Below are positions 1 through 8,093 of a stretch of DNA of 64,000 bases, one piece after another. Under the pieces are notes generated by a model, which was not told the DNA's origin, ran no database searches, and worked only from the letters and a program-made list of their open reading frames with translations. Position 1 is the first letter of the stretch, and every line of letters begins with the position of its first letter. The translations under genes were made by a program, and so were the position numbers. Origin of the DNA: Clostridia bacterium (GTDB lineage Bacteria > Bacillota > Clostridia > Oscillospirales > CAG-272). The stretch lies in NCBI GenBank assembly GCA_017453255.1, contig JAFTKN010000020.1, positions 12,399 to 76,398 on the forward strand. The letters are read 5' to 3'.

Positions 1-1490
1 ATGTAGGTTTCTATTGAAATACTACCGTTATTAAGACAAGCATCAAGCAAGGAAATATCACCAGCAACCGATGAGCTTTTACCGTTAATTGCCTCTACTG
101 TTACATCAAGAACTGCGTTTTCGTAGCTTGAGGAGTTAAAAATCTCTAAAATTTCCTTTGCTTCCTCGTTTTTGTAAGAAACATGTCTTGCAAATGCTTG
201 TTCATAATAGTATAGCTTTAAAAATTGCGCAACTACAAAGCCTTGCTTTCTTTTTGCTCTATAGTAACTGCTTTTTAATTCCTCGATAGGCATCTGCGCT
301 TGTGCCTGAAGGTATGCAATCGCTGCACCAGAAAGTCCAGAATTAAAGCCATCGCCGGTCATAACCTCGGTTGCGCCTGTTACAGTTCTTGTAAGGTCGC
401 ATAAAGTGTTTGTAATTTGAATAGGTACTTGGCTTAGGCTTTGCTCGGGCATTTTCTTGATGCCGTCGCCTGTTCCTGAATAGTCAATAAGCACTTGTCC
501 TGGTGCATTTGATACCTTTTGTCCCTTTAAGGCATTTGGTAGAGCAATGTATTTCCCCCATGCGCACTCTTGGGCGTTTAAAAGACTCATAGCAAGGTTG
601 AAGTTGATTGCCTTTTGATTTGGAATTATGCCCTCAATCTCTGAAAGACCATAGATAGAGCCCTCTTTTTTCTCGTAATACCCACAAACAATAGGGTAAA
701 GTGGTGCTCTTAGCTTGTCTGGCTCTTCCTTTTGCAAGATAGGCTCAGGCGCAATCTTAAAGGGCTTATTAATAATCGAGCCTTTGGTTGCCCTTTCACA
801 ATAAACCTCGCCGTCGATGCGAAAATATCTTGTTAAAACTGTGATCTTTTCACCATTCGGGTTGAGATTATAGGGCAAGCAGTCGTTGTCAGGACTTAAT
901 TCGCTTAAATTTGCGTCCTTGTCGGCTATCTTTTTGAGTCCGTTAATGCTGAGCCTGCTTGAAACCAATATCCACTCCTGCTTTTGCTCGTCGAGCTGAC
1001 TTGGATTTTCAAAAAAGATATTTAAAGGGTCAATTAGCTCGCACATAAGCCCTCCATCTCGCCTTCCGTCAATGCCTGTCACATTGCTGTCCCAATAATA
1101 ATGATAGAAATACGAGCCTTTTTTGATTCCGTCGTCAATAGCACGTGCATCAAGCTCGTCTTGACCTAAGGATTTTGCTACAAAATCGTAAAAGTCATTG
1201 AATTTGTCAATATCTACCATAGGAGAGTAGCTTTTAAACATTATTTTGACTGGTGAGTTTAAAATTGCAGCCTTTTTGCCTCTACAAATCATTTTTACAA
1301 TGTTTACAACAGGTCTTGGAAGATTTTTTGTGCTTTGAGTAGGGCTTGGCCATTGCCTTCCCTCATAAAAATCAACATAAACAGGAATACTTTGTCTAAT
1401 TCCTAAGGAAATTTGGTTGCTAATTCCTTGTTGATAGAGTTGCCATAAGTGAGTTTCCTTGCTGTTTAGCTCTTTTTGCCGTTCAGCCAC
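1..1490 (-). CDS. Phage portal protein (SPP1 Gp6-like); C-terminus lies beyond the window edge
   Basis: Not in the ORF track (non-ATG start, truncated). The minus-strand frame is open from 1490 to base 1. It reads ..LWQLYQQGISNQISLGIRQSIPVYVDFYEGRQWPSPTQSTKNLPRPVVNIVKMICRGKKAAIL.., a typical portal N-terminal region. GTG at 1490 sits 10 nt after AAGGAGG (1501-1507). The gene lies directly downstream of terL. Confidence 0.7.
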   Translation of the reverse strand, partial: MAERQKELNSKETHLWQLYQQGISNQISLGIRQSIPVYVDFYEGRQWPSPTQSTKNLPRPVVNIVKMICRGKKAAILNSPVKIMFKSYSPMVDIDKFNDFYDFVAKSLGQDELDARAIDDGIKKGSYFYHYYWDSNVTGIDGRRDGGLMCELIDPLNIFFENPSQLDEQKQEWILVSSRLSINGLKKIADKDANLSELSPDNDCLPYNLNPNGEKITVLTRYFRIDGEVYCERATKGSIINKPFKIAPEPILQKEEPDKLRAPLYPIVCGYYEKKEGSIYGLSEIEGIIPNQKAINFNLAMSLLNAQECAWGKYIALPNALKGQKVSNAPGQVLIDYSGTGDGIKKMPEQSLSQVPIQITNTLCDLTRTVTGATEVMTGDGFNSGLSGAAIAYLQAQAQMPIEELKSSYYRAKRKQGFVVAQFLKLYYYEQAFARHVSYKNEEAKEILEIFNSSSYENAVLDVTVEAINGKSSSVAGDISLLDACLNNGSISIETY

Positions 1491-1624
1491 TCGTCAAGCA
1501 CCTCCTTGTAGGAGATTTCGTTGTCGCTTTTTCTTTCACTTGCCTCAGCTTTGTCAAAAACCACCTGCTCAAGCCTTGAAATACGCATAGAAAGCTCCAA
1601 TAATAATTGTTTGTTTTTTGTCAT
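1466..1624 (-). CDS. Small phage protein (about 52 aa, helical) between terminase and portal
   Basis: The ORF-track entry is 1466..1663. An internal ATG at 1624 (MTKNKQLLLELS..) follows GGAGTGG and sits 1 nt after the terL stop (TGGTAAAATG). The 3' end overlaps the portal start. No recognisable family. Confidence 0.45.
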   Translation of the reverse strand: MTKNKQLLLELSMRISRLEQVVFDKAEASERKSDNEISYKEVLDEWLNGKKS

Positions 1625-1625
1625 T

Positions 1626-3392
1626 TTACCACTCCAAAATAGCTTCTTCTTGTAAGACATCATGATGGAAGGAGTTTGCCAAAATATCGTACCCTGTGTC
1701 GATAATTTCGGTTTTATGGCTATAATCTATGCCGATAAAATGTGCGATTGCACTGGCTAACACTAAATCATCATGACTACCATTTGCGCCTGCACTTTTT
1801 CCGTCAGAATGCTTAATAAATGTGCTCATTTCGATAAGCGTTTGCCTGTCGGTTTCAAGATAAATGCTTTCTCTCATAATCGAAACAAGGTTAGAAATGA
1901 TTATGGGGCGAGAAATTGAGCTTGTTACAAAGCCATAAAAGCCCTCGACTCGGTCAATATCAGTTGAAAGTGATTTCGACACATAAAGATTTTCATATCC
2001 CAAGGAGCGTAAAACTCTTACAGGGTGACGTGAATAGTTAGTTTCAACACCAATTAGAGCATTGTTGTAATATTTTCCAAGGCAATAAAGCTGATGGGCA
2101 AACAAGTCCTCATCAATGTTTTTAATGTGAAGGGTCGCTACGCATTTTTGATTAGTGTTGTCAATAACCTTTGCACAAAAGTAATCCTCTCCACAGCCTG
2201 CTGTGTCGGCGCCTATAACATAGGGCTTTAAAAGCAGCTGACCGTTTTTGCGGATTTTATAGGGCTCTTCCACTATTGATATGTAACCATTTGCGTCCTC
2301 TACAAAGCTGATTTCGGACACTGGGTTGGGTGTTTTCGAAAAATCGGGCTCTTTTTGAAGCTTGTATGCAAAGTATCCCTTTTTGCTTTTAATATCGAAC
2401 AAATTGAGGTAATTTGCAATAGCCTCCTTGTCAAAAATACAATTACCACTTGTAATAAACGCTTCCTCGCAGGAGCAGGGGTACTCCTGCTTGATTGAGC
2501 TTTTATCTATGTAGGAGTTGTATTTTTTTGCATACCAAGAAAGCTGTTCCTTTGATAGACCCTTCTTTTTTAGCATTGACAATCGAGATTTAAGCCATGA
2601 GTCGCAATTTTTTAACTCATTAAGCTCGCCACTAACATATTCGTCGCTATCCCACCAGCTATAAAACAAATTATGGCATGAGCCACTATCCCAAAGCTCC
2701 TTTGCCTCGTTAAAGCCATTTGCTGTTGTTTCAAAAATACAGATTGCATTTTTGGTAGCTGATTCTTGAATTGATTTTTGCAAATCGGCAAGAGAGCATT
2801 TAAAAAATGCTACTTCTGAATAGTGAATAAAGGACAGTGTTCTGCTTCTTCCTACGTTTGCACTTGCTGATGCAACTCGCCAAGAGGAATTTAGCTTGTC
2901 AAAGTATAATTCGTTTACAGAGTTGAACTTTTCTGTTGGCTTTAATCTGCTTGGTAGATTAGAATACATAAATTTAGCTTTGTCAATAAAAATTGCCTTT
3001 GTATTGTCATCTCTGTCGGCTAAGGTAAAGCCTGAAAAATTCCTTGTCGTGATAGCGTAAGAGAGCTGAATTGCAGTAATCAAGGTAGTAAATCCCTGTT
3101 GTCTTCCTTTTAAGATGAAAAACGGTTTTGTGTGGGGACGTATCTCTAATTCGGCTAAAAAGTCCCTTTGAACCTTGTTTAAAAAGAAGGGAACACTCCT
3201 CTTTTCCTTGTTTACTATCGTGAAGCAGGCCTCAATTAATAAATAAGGCTTTTTAATGACCTGTTCTCTTAAGCTCTCATTATCAAGAACTTCATCTGCA
3301 ATCGCCCTTGTCAGCTCTCTGTCAAGCTCAATGCTATGCTCCTTTTCCCATAACTCTTTTCGTTTGAAAACTAAATCGCTGATAAATTTGAT
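1626..3392 (-). CDS. terL: Phage terminase large subunit
   Basis: The ORF-track 485-aa product has a terminase-like ATPase/nuclease layout. The frame stays open upstream to an in-frame TAA at 3414-3416. That extension encodes ..LWEKEHSIELDRELTRAIADEVLDNESLREQVIKKPYLLIEACFTIVNKEKRSVPFFLNKVQRDFLAEL... The only start-like codon behind the strong SD AAAGGAGG (3403-3410) is ATC at 3392, so the start is uncertain. Confidence 0.8.
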   Translation of the reverse strand: MKFISDLVFKRKELWEKEHSIELDRELTRAIADEVLDNESLREQVIKKPYLLIEACFTIVNKEKRSVPFFLNKVQRDFLAELEIRPHTKPFFILKGRQQGFTTLITAIQLSYAITTRNFSGFTLADRDDNTKAIFIDKAKFMYSNLPSRLKPTEKFNSVNELYFDKLNSSWRVASASANVGRSRTLSFIHYSEVAFFKCSLADLQKSIQESATKNAICIFETTANGFNEAKELWDSGSCHNLFYSWWDSDEYVSGELNELKNCDSWLKSRLSMLKKKGLSKEQLSWYAKKYNSYIDKSSIKQEYPCSCEEAFITSGNCIFDKEAIANYLNLFDIKSKKGYFAYKLQKEPDFSKTPNPVSEISFVEDANGYISIVEEPYKIRKNGQLLLKPYVIGADTAGCGEDYFCAKVIDNTNQKCVATLHIKNIDEDLFAHQLYCLGKYYNNALIGVETNYSRHPVRVLRSLGYENLYVSKSLSTDIDRVEGFYGFVTSSISRPIIISNLVSIMRESIYLETDRQTLIEMSTFIKHSDGKSAGANGSHDDLVLASAIAHFIGIDYSHKTEIIDTGYDILANSFHHDVLQEEAILEW

Positions 3393-3417
3393 TTTTCCTT
3401 CCTCCTTTCTGCCTTAC

Positions 3418-3475
3418 ATCTCTATTATCGCATAAAAAAACCGTACCCAAACGGTACACTTTTGCCAAAATCGAA
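3418..3475 (-). repeat. 58-bp cassette: minus-strand terminator hairpin plus extended -10 (TGCGATAAT). A second copy lies at 45573-45630.
   Basis: ATCTCTATTATCGCATAAAAAAACCGTACC(C/T)AAACGGTACA(C/G)TTTTGC(C/T)AAAATCGAA has 3 mismatches in 58 nt versus the copy upstream of the Rhs gene. On the minus strand the order is GTACC-N5-GGTAC hairpin, T7, then TGCGATAAT. Confidence 0.8.
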
Positions 3476-3720
3476 AAAATTTTCAAAATTTGTCATTTTG
3501 ACAGAGCTTGCAAATGTCCTTTTTCCGTCCTGTCATCTCGATCGAGCTTGCGAGTGGAGAGATCTATCAAAAATTAAGTTTTTTACACCTCATCTACCAC
3601 CAAAGGCTACCAGCTGGGGAAGGCTACAAATAGATTTCTCAACTACACTTGAAATGATAGTGCTTGGGTGGTGACTTCTCGACTTCGATTTAAATGAAAT
3701 TGTGTGGGCGCATGAAATGG
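3476..3720. repeat. Hairpin-rich REP/MITE-like intergenic repeat block; inverted copy of modules at 15098-15342
   Basis: 3531-3567 is the reverse complement of 15098-15134 with 1 mismatch. 3579-3640 is the reverse complement of 15241-15312 apart from a small indel. It contains the hairpins CCTTCCCCAG..GGGGAAGG and ACCACC..GGTGGT. Confidence 0.8.
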
Positions 3721-3736
3721 CTTGCTTATTTTTTTC

Positions 3737-3765
3737 TTGACATTATTTATTATAAGTGCTATACT
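3737..3765 (+). promoter_or_regulatory. Sigma-A type promoter of the ACT-UPF0210-metY-metA operon
   Basis: TTGACA (3737-3742), 17-nt spacer, TATACT (3760-3765). The ATG is 30 nt downstream of the -10, behind AGGAG. Confidence 0.6.
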
Positions 3766-3795
3766 TTAATAAATTAAAATTATAGGAGAAGTAAG

Positions 3796-4065
3796 ATGAA
3801 GGCTGTTGTAACTGTAATAGGTAAGGACTCTGTTGGTATTATTGCAGAGGTTAGTGCAGAGTGCGCAAAGCATAATGCAAATATTGTTGATATTACTCAA
3901 AGCGTACTCAAGGATTATTTTGCTATGATTATGCTTGTTGAAATAGAAAAGATGGAAACTGAATTTGCAGTTTTTCAAAGGGAGCTTAGTGCTCTTGGAG
4001 AGAAGAAGGGACTTGACATTCGTGCTATGCACGAGGATATTTTCAATTCAATGCACCGTATTTAA
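3796..4065 (+). CDS. ACT domain-containing protein (UPF0237-like)
   Basis: 89 aa. MKAVVTVIGKDSVGIIAEVS.. is a typical stand-alone ACT fold signature. It is paired with the UPF0210 gene, as is common in Firmicutes. Confidence 0.8.
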   Translation: MKAVVTVIGKDSVGIIAEVSAECAKHNANIVDITQSVLKDYFAMIMLVEIEKMETEFAVFQRELSALGEKKGLDIRAMHEDIFNSMHRI

Positions 4066-4075
4066 GAGGTAAGAA

Positions 4076-5434
4076 ATGCTAAACATTAATGATATATTAG
4101 AAACCGTCAATATGATTAAGCAGGAAAACCTTGATATACGTACTATCACAATGGGAATTTCCTTGCTTGATTGCATTAGTGACGACCAAAAAAGACTTGA
4201 AACGAAAATTTATGATAAAATAACAAAAAGCGCTAAAAACCTTGTTGCTACTGCAAATGAGCTTGAGGCAACATATGGTATTCCTATTATTAACAAGCGT
4301 GTGTCCGTTACACCTATTTCCTTGGTTGGAGCAGGCTGTGATGTTGATGGCTATGTTAGACTTGCAGGGGTGCTTGAAAAGGCGGCAAACGAGATTGGAA
4401 TTAACTTTATAGGTGGCTTTGGTGCACTTGTTCAAAAGGGAATGACTAAGGGTGCTAAAAATCTTATTGATTCTATTCCTGTTGCCCTTTCTCAAACCAC
4501 AAAGGTATGCTCCAGCATAAATGTAGCAAGCACAAAGGCAGGCATTAATATGGATGCTGTTAAGCTAATGGGCGAGATAATGAAGGAAACTGCTTATCTT
4601 ACAAGGGATAATGACTCAATCGGCTGTGCTAAGCTTGTTGTGTTTGCAAACATTCCAGAGGATAATCCCTTTATGGCAGGCGCTATGCACGGAATGGGCG
4701 AGCCAGATACTGTAATTAATGTAGGCGTTAGTGGACCTGGCGTTGTTGCATCAGCTATCAAGCGTGAGGGCTTTTGCGATTTTTCTCATCTTGCTGATGT
4801 TATTAAAAAGACAGCATTTAAGATTACAAGAGTAGGTCAGCTTATTGCCTATGAGGCATCTAAAAAGCTTAATACACCTTATGGAATTATAGACCTTTCC
4901 CTTGCTCCAACACCAGCAGTTGGTGATTCGGTTGCTCATATTCTTGAAAATATGGGACTTGAAAAATGTGGTACACACGGAACAACTGCTGCCCTTGCAA
5001 TGCTTAATGATGCAGTTAAGAAGGGTGGAGTAATGGCATCAAGCCACGTAGGTGGTCTTAGCGGTGCATTTATTCCTGTTTCTGAGGATGCAGGTATGAT
5101 TGATGCTGCTGAATGTGGAGCTCTGTCTATTGAAAAATTAGAGGCTATGACAGCTGTTTGCTCGGTGGGACTTGATATGATTGCTGTTCCAGGAGATACA
5201 AGTGCATCAACCCTTAGCGGAATTATCGCAGATGAGATAGCGATTGGCGTGATAAATAATAAAACAACGGCAGTACGTCTTATCCCTGTTTATGGTAAGG
5301 GCGTTGGCGAAAATGTGGAGTTTGGTGGCTTACTCGGACATGCTCCAATTATGAAGCTAAGTGATTATTCCTCTGAGGAGTTTATAAAGCGTGGTGGAAG
5401 GATTCCTGCTCCTATCCATAGCTTAAGAAACTAA
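4076..5434 (+). CDS. UPF0210 / PFL-like (DUF711) family protein
   Basis: 452 aa. The N-terminus [33 protein letters not shown] and the C-terminus ..[13 protein letters not shown] are characteristic of UPF0210. It starts 10 nt after the ACT gene. Confidence 0.8.
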   Translation: MLNINDILETVNMIKQENLDIRTITMGISLLDCISDDQKRLETKIYDKITKSAKNLVATANELEATYGIPIINKRVSVTPISLVGAGCDVDGYVRLAGVLEKAANEIGINFIGGFGALVQKGMTKGAKNLIDSIPVALSQTTKVCSSINVASTKAGINMDAVKLMGEIMKETAYLTRDNDSIGCAKLVVFANIPEDNPFMAGAMHGMGEPDTVINVGVSGPGVVASAIKREGFCDFSHLADVIKKTAFKITRVGQLIAYEASKKLNTPYGIIDLSLAPTPAVGDSVAHILENMGLEKCGTHGTTAALAMLNDAVKKGGVMASSHVGGLSGAFIPVSEDAGMIDAAECGALSIEKLEAMTAVCSVGLDMIAVPGDTSASTLSGIIADEIAIGVINNKTTAVRLIPVYGKGVGENVEFGGLLGHAPIMKLSDYSSEEFIKRGGRIPAPIHSLRN

Positions 5435-5470
5435 AAAAGCAGGACCACGTGTCTTTAAAAGGAGTATAAA

Positions 5471-6739
5471 ATGAAAAAATTAGATACTATTTGCGTGCAA
5501 GGTGGCTACACTCCAAAGAGTGGTGAGCCAAGAGTAACACCTATCGTTCAAAGCACAACATATTATTACGAGAAGGCAAGCGAAATGGCTGACCTTTTCG
5601 ACCTTAAGGCAGACGGATATTTTTATACAAGACTTGCAAATCCTACAGTTAGCGTTTTTGAAAAGAAGCTTTGTGAGCTTGACGGTGGCACATCTGCTAT
5701 TGCAACTGCCTCTGGTATGAGTGCAACATTGCTTGCAGTTTTAAACGTCTGTAATGCAGGTGATAATGTAGTTGCATCAAGAGCAATTTATGGTGGAAGC
5801 TATAATTTATTTTCTGTTACATTACCAAAATATGGCATAGAGTGTCGCTTTTTTGACCCAGACGATAAAAAAGATGACATTGAAAAATTGATTGATGATA
5901 AAACAAAAATTATATTTGCAGAAACAGTTGCAAACCCAACAATAGTAGTATTAGATTTTGAAAAGCTAAGCGAAATTGCGAAAAAGCATAAGGTTTTGTT
6001 CATGGTAGACAACACTCTTGTAACACCTGTTCTTTGCAGACCACTTGATTTTGGAGCTAATATTGTAATTTACTCATCATCGAAATATCTTGATGGGCAC
6101 GCAGTAGCGCTTGGTGGCTGTATTGTTGATGGTGGCAATTTTGATTTTACGGCTACAAATAGATATGAGGAGTTTTTAGTTCCTGATGAAAGCTATCACG
6201 GACTTGTTTATGCTGATTTAGGAAACACAGCCTTTGGAGTGAAGTGCAGAGTACAAATGATGAGAGATTTAGGCGCTATTATGAGCCCTGAAAATGCTTT
6301 CCTTACTAATTTAGGCATGGAAACCCTTGCTCTAAGAATGGAAAGACACTCTGAAAATGCTAAAAGGGTTGCAGAGTACCTGAGCAAGCATCCTAAGGTA
6401 GAATGGGTAAAGCACCCATCTCTTGAAAACAATAATTACCACGCGCTTGCTATGAAATATATGCCTAACGGGCAGGGCGGAATGATGAGCTTTGGTGTTA
6501 AGGGTGGCAAGGACAAGGCATCTGAATTTATGGAAAAGCTTGAAATGATTGCTATTGTAACTCACGTAGCAGATAGTCGTAGCTGTGTGCTTCACCCAGC
6601 TTCAACAACTCACCGTCAGCTATCAAGTGCCGACCTTGAGGCAATCGGTATTAAGGACAATCTAATTCGCTTGTCCGTTGGTATCGAAAATGCCGAGGAT
6701 ATTATAGCTGATATTGATAAAGCCTTAGCAAGCATATAA
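5471..6739 (+). CDS. metY: O-acetylhomoserine sulfhydrylase / aminocarboxypropyltransferase (PLP-dependent)
   Basis: 422 aa. Cys/Met-metabolism PLP family, with the SSSKYLDGH PLP-lysine motif and ..HPASTTHRQL... Confidence 0.85.
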   Translation: MKKLDTICVQGGYTPKSGEPRVTPIVQSTTYYYEKASEMADLFDLKADGYFYTRLANPTVSVFEKKLCELDGGTSAIATASGMSATLLAVLNVCNAGDNVVASRAIYGGSYNLFSVTLPKYGIECRFFDPDDKKDDIEKLIDDKTKIIFAETVANPTIVVLDFEKLSEIAKKHKVLFMVDNTLVTPVLCRPLDFGANIVIYSSSKYLDGHAVALGGCIVDGGNFDFTATNRYEEFLVPDESYHGLVYADLGNTAFGVKCRVQMMRDLGAIMSPENAFLTNLGMETLALRMERHSENAKRVAEYLSKHPKVEWVKHPSLENNNYHALAMKYMPNGQGGMMSFGVKGGKDKASEFMEKLEMIAIVTHVADSRSCVLHPASTTHRQLSSADLEAIGIKDNLIRLSVGIENAEDIIADIDKALASI

Positions 6740-6771
6740 TTTAAGTAGCCTTACGGAAAGGAGAAACAAAA

Positions 6772-7809
6772 ATGCCAATTATAATTCCTAAGGATATTCC
6801 TGCATATCAAACGCTTTATGATGAAAACATTTTTGTTATGAATCACGAAAGGGCTATGAAGCAGGATATTAGACCTATTGAAATAGCGATTTTAAATTTA
6901 ATGCCCACAAAGATAGAAACAGAAACTCAGCTTATAAGACTTCTTTCAAATTCACCTTTGCAGATAAAGGTGACGTTGATAGGAACGGAGAGCTATGTGG
7001 GTAAAAACACTCCTCTCGGACATTTGCAAAAGTTCTATAAAACCTTTTCTGAGGTGAAAAATTCCCATTTTGACGGCATGATTATTACAGGCGCTCCTGT
7101 TGAAATGATGGAGTTTGAGGAGGTTAAATATTGGAAGGAGCTTACCGAAATATTTGATTTTGCTGATACAAATGTAACAAGCACAATCTTTATTTGCTGG
7201 GGAGCACAGGCAGCCCTGCATTATTATTATGGGCTTGACAAGTATATACTTGACAAAAAAATGTTCGGTATATTTAAGCATACAAAATATGTTAAATTTG
7301 ACCCACTTCTGAAGGGCACAGACGAGGAATTTCATATGCCTCACTCACGACATACCTCAATGAGGGAGGATGATATAAGAAGCGTTGATGACCTTATGCT
7401 CTTAGCAGGCTCTGACGAAATAGGGCCATCTGTTATTCGTTCACAGGACGGAAGACGAATTTTCCTAATGGGACATATGGAATATGATAGAGATACCCTT
7501 AAAAATGAATATTTGAGAGATTTAGCAAAGGGGCTTAACATAGACGAGCCACAGCACTATTTTAGAGATGATAAAAAGACAAAAATCGCTCCGAACTGGT
7601 TCTCAACAGCTAATATAATTTATTCAAATTGGCTTAACTATTATGTTTATCAAATGACTCCATATGATATTGAGGGAATAAGTAGGAAAATTTTAAAAAA
7701 GAAGAAAAACACTGCTTTACAACCGAAAACAAGCACTCCTCAAACACAAAGAAGTGCTGACAAATTTATTACAAAGGTTAGCAATAAGGAAAAGGTACTT
7801 GAAGAATAA
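6772..7809 (+). CDS. metA: Homoserine O-acyltransferase (MetA family) with a C-terminal extension of about 40 aa rich in K, T and Q
   Basis: MPIIIPKDIPAYQTLYDENIFVMNHERAMKQDIRPIEIAILNLMPTKIETETQLIRLL is the canonical MetA N-terminus. The conserved core ends near ..NWLNYYVYQMTPYD and extra residues follow. Confidence 0.85.
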   Translation: MPIIIPKDIPAYQTLYDENIFVMNHERAMKQDIRPIEIAILNLMPTKIETETQLIRLLSNSPLQIKVTLIGTESYVGKNTPLGHLQKFYKTFSEVKNSHFDGMIITGAPVEMMEFEEVKYWKELTEIFDFADTNVTSTIFICWGAQAALHYYYGLDKYILDKKMFGIFKHTKYVKFDPLLKGTDEEFHMPHSRHTSMREDDIRSVDDLMLLAGSDEIGPSVIRSQDGRRIFLMGHMEYDRDTLKNEYLRDLAKGLNIDEPQHYFRDDKKTKIAPNWFSTANIIYSNWLNYYVYQMTPYDIEGISRKILKKKKNTALQPKTSTPQTQRSADKFITKVSNKEKVLEE

Positions 7810-7810
7810 A

Positions 7811-7840
7811 AAAGGCGACCACGTGTCGCTTTTTTTGTTT
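7811..7840 (+). terminator. Rho-independent terminator after metA
   Basis: AAAAAGGCGACCACGTGTCGC followed by a T-run. Confidence 0.7.
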
Positions 7841-8002
7841 TTTTGGTGATAGGTAAAGGTGCTAATTGATTAATTCACAAAAACTTAACAATTTTGGTGG
7901 CTTTGACAAAATAAACAAAATTAAATAGTTAAAAACGTTTTTTTACTCTGAAAAGTGGTAAGAAGACGTTCTTTTTTATGCAGAATTCACAAAAACAGTC
8001 TG

Positions 8003-8018
8003 TTTTTTTTTTTTTTTT
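8003..8018. repeat. T16 homopolymer 7 nt upstream of the -35 of the LRR paralog-1 promoter
   Basis: Counted directly. It is confirmed by the antisense ORF-track translation ..QKKKKN.. (CAA AAA x4 AAC = 16 A). Confidence 0.9.
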
Positions 8019-8025
8019 GTGCGAC

Positions 8026-8054
8026 TTGACAATTTTCCACGTTAATGTTAGAAT
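8026..8054 (+). promoter_or_regulatory. Sigma-A promoter with extended -10 for LRR paralog 1
   Basis: TTGACA (8026-8031), 17-nt spacer ending in TGT, TAGAAT (8049-8054). RBS AAAGGAG lies before the ATG at 8094. Confidence 0.6.
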
Positions 8055-8093
8055 ATTTGTGCGTAAAACTATATTCTATAAAGGAGAATTTAT

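Larger units (their letters stand above)
1..3413 (-). mobile_element. Prophage or phage-remnant packaging module (portal, small ORF, large terminase). It continues past the left window edge and ends abruptly upstream of terL.
   Basis: Three co-directional minus-strand phage genes with overlapping or 1-nt junctions. No small terminase, integrase or tRNA lies on the right side. Chromosomal genes start at 3796. Confidence 0.6.

Noticed and set aside
3462-3674. ORF-track entries lying inside repeat blocks: 3462..3674 +, 14909..15091 + and 15039..15227 -.
   Set aside because: They run through hairpin repeats and lack RBSs. Their shared peptide (CHLDRACEWRDL; HCHFE repeated) simply reflects the repeated DNA read in one frame.
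3680-3795. A SAM (S-box) riboswitch or T-box leader upstream of the methionine genes.
   Set aside because: The predicted -10 is only 30 nt from the start codon, and the preceding 200 nt are repeat elements. No S-box helices or T-box specifier / T-box sequence were seen.
4097-4495. Antisense or out-of-frame ORFs nested in clear genes. Examples: 4097..4495 -, 4751..4978 -, 6952..7344 -, 17725..17979 +, 21575..21865 +, 22980..23246 -, 29596..29925 -, 34173..34574 -, 37591..37890 -, 46561..46851 -, 55060..55482 +, 60614..61009 +, 61500..61835 +, 62544..62735 +.
   Set aside because: Each lies entirely within a longer ORF that has recognisable homology or operon logic. All lack RBSs and have odd composition (Cys-, Ile- or Ser-rich). 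I treat them as shadow ORFs.
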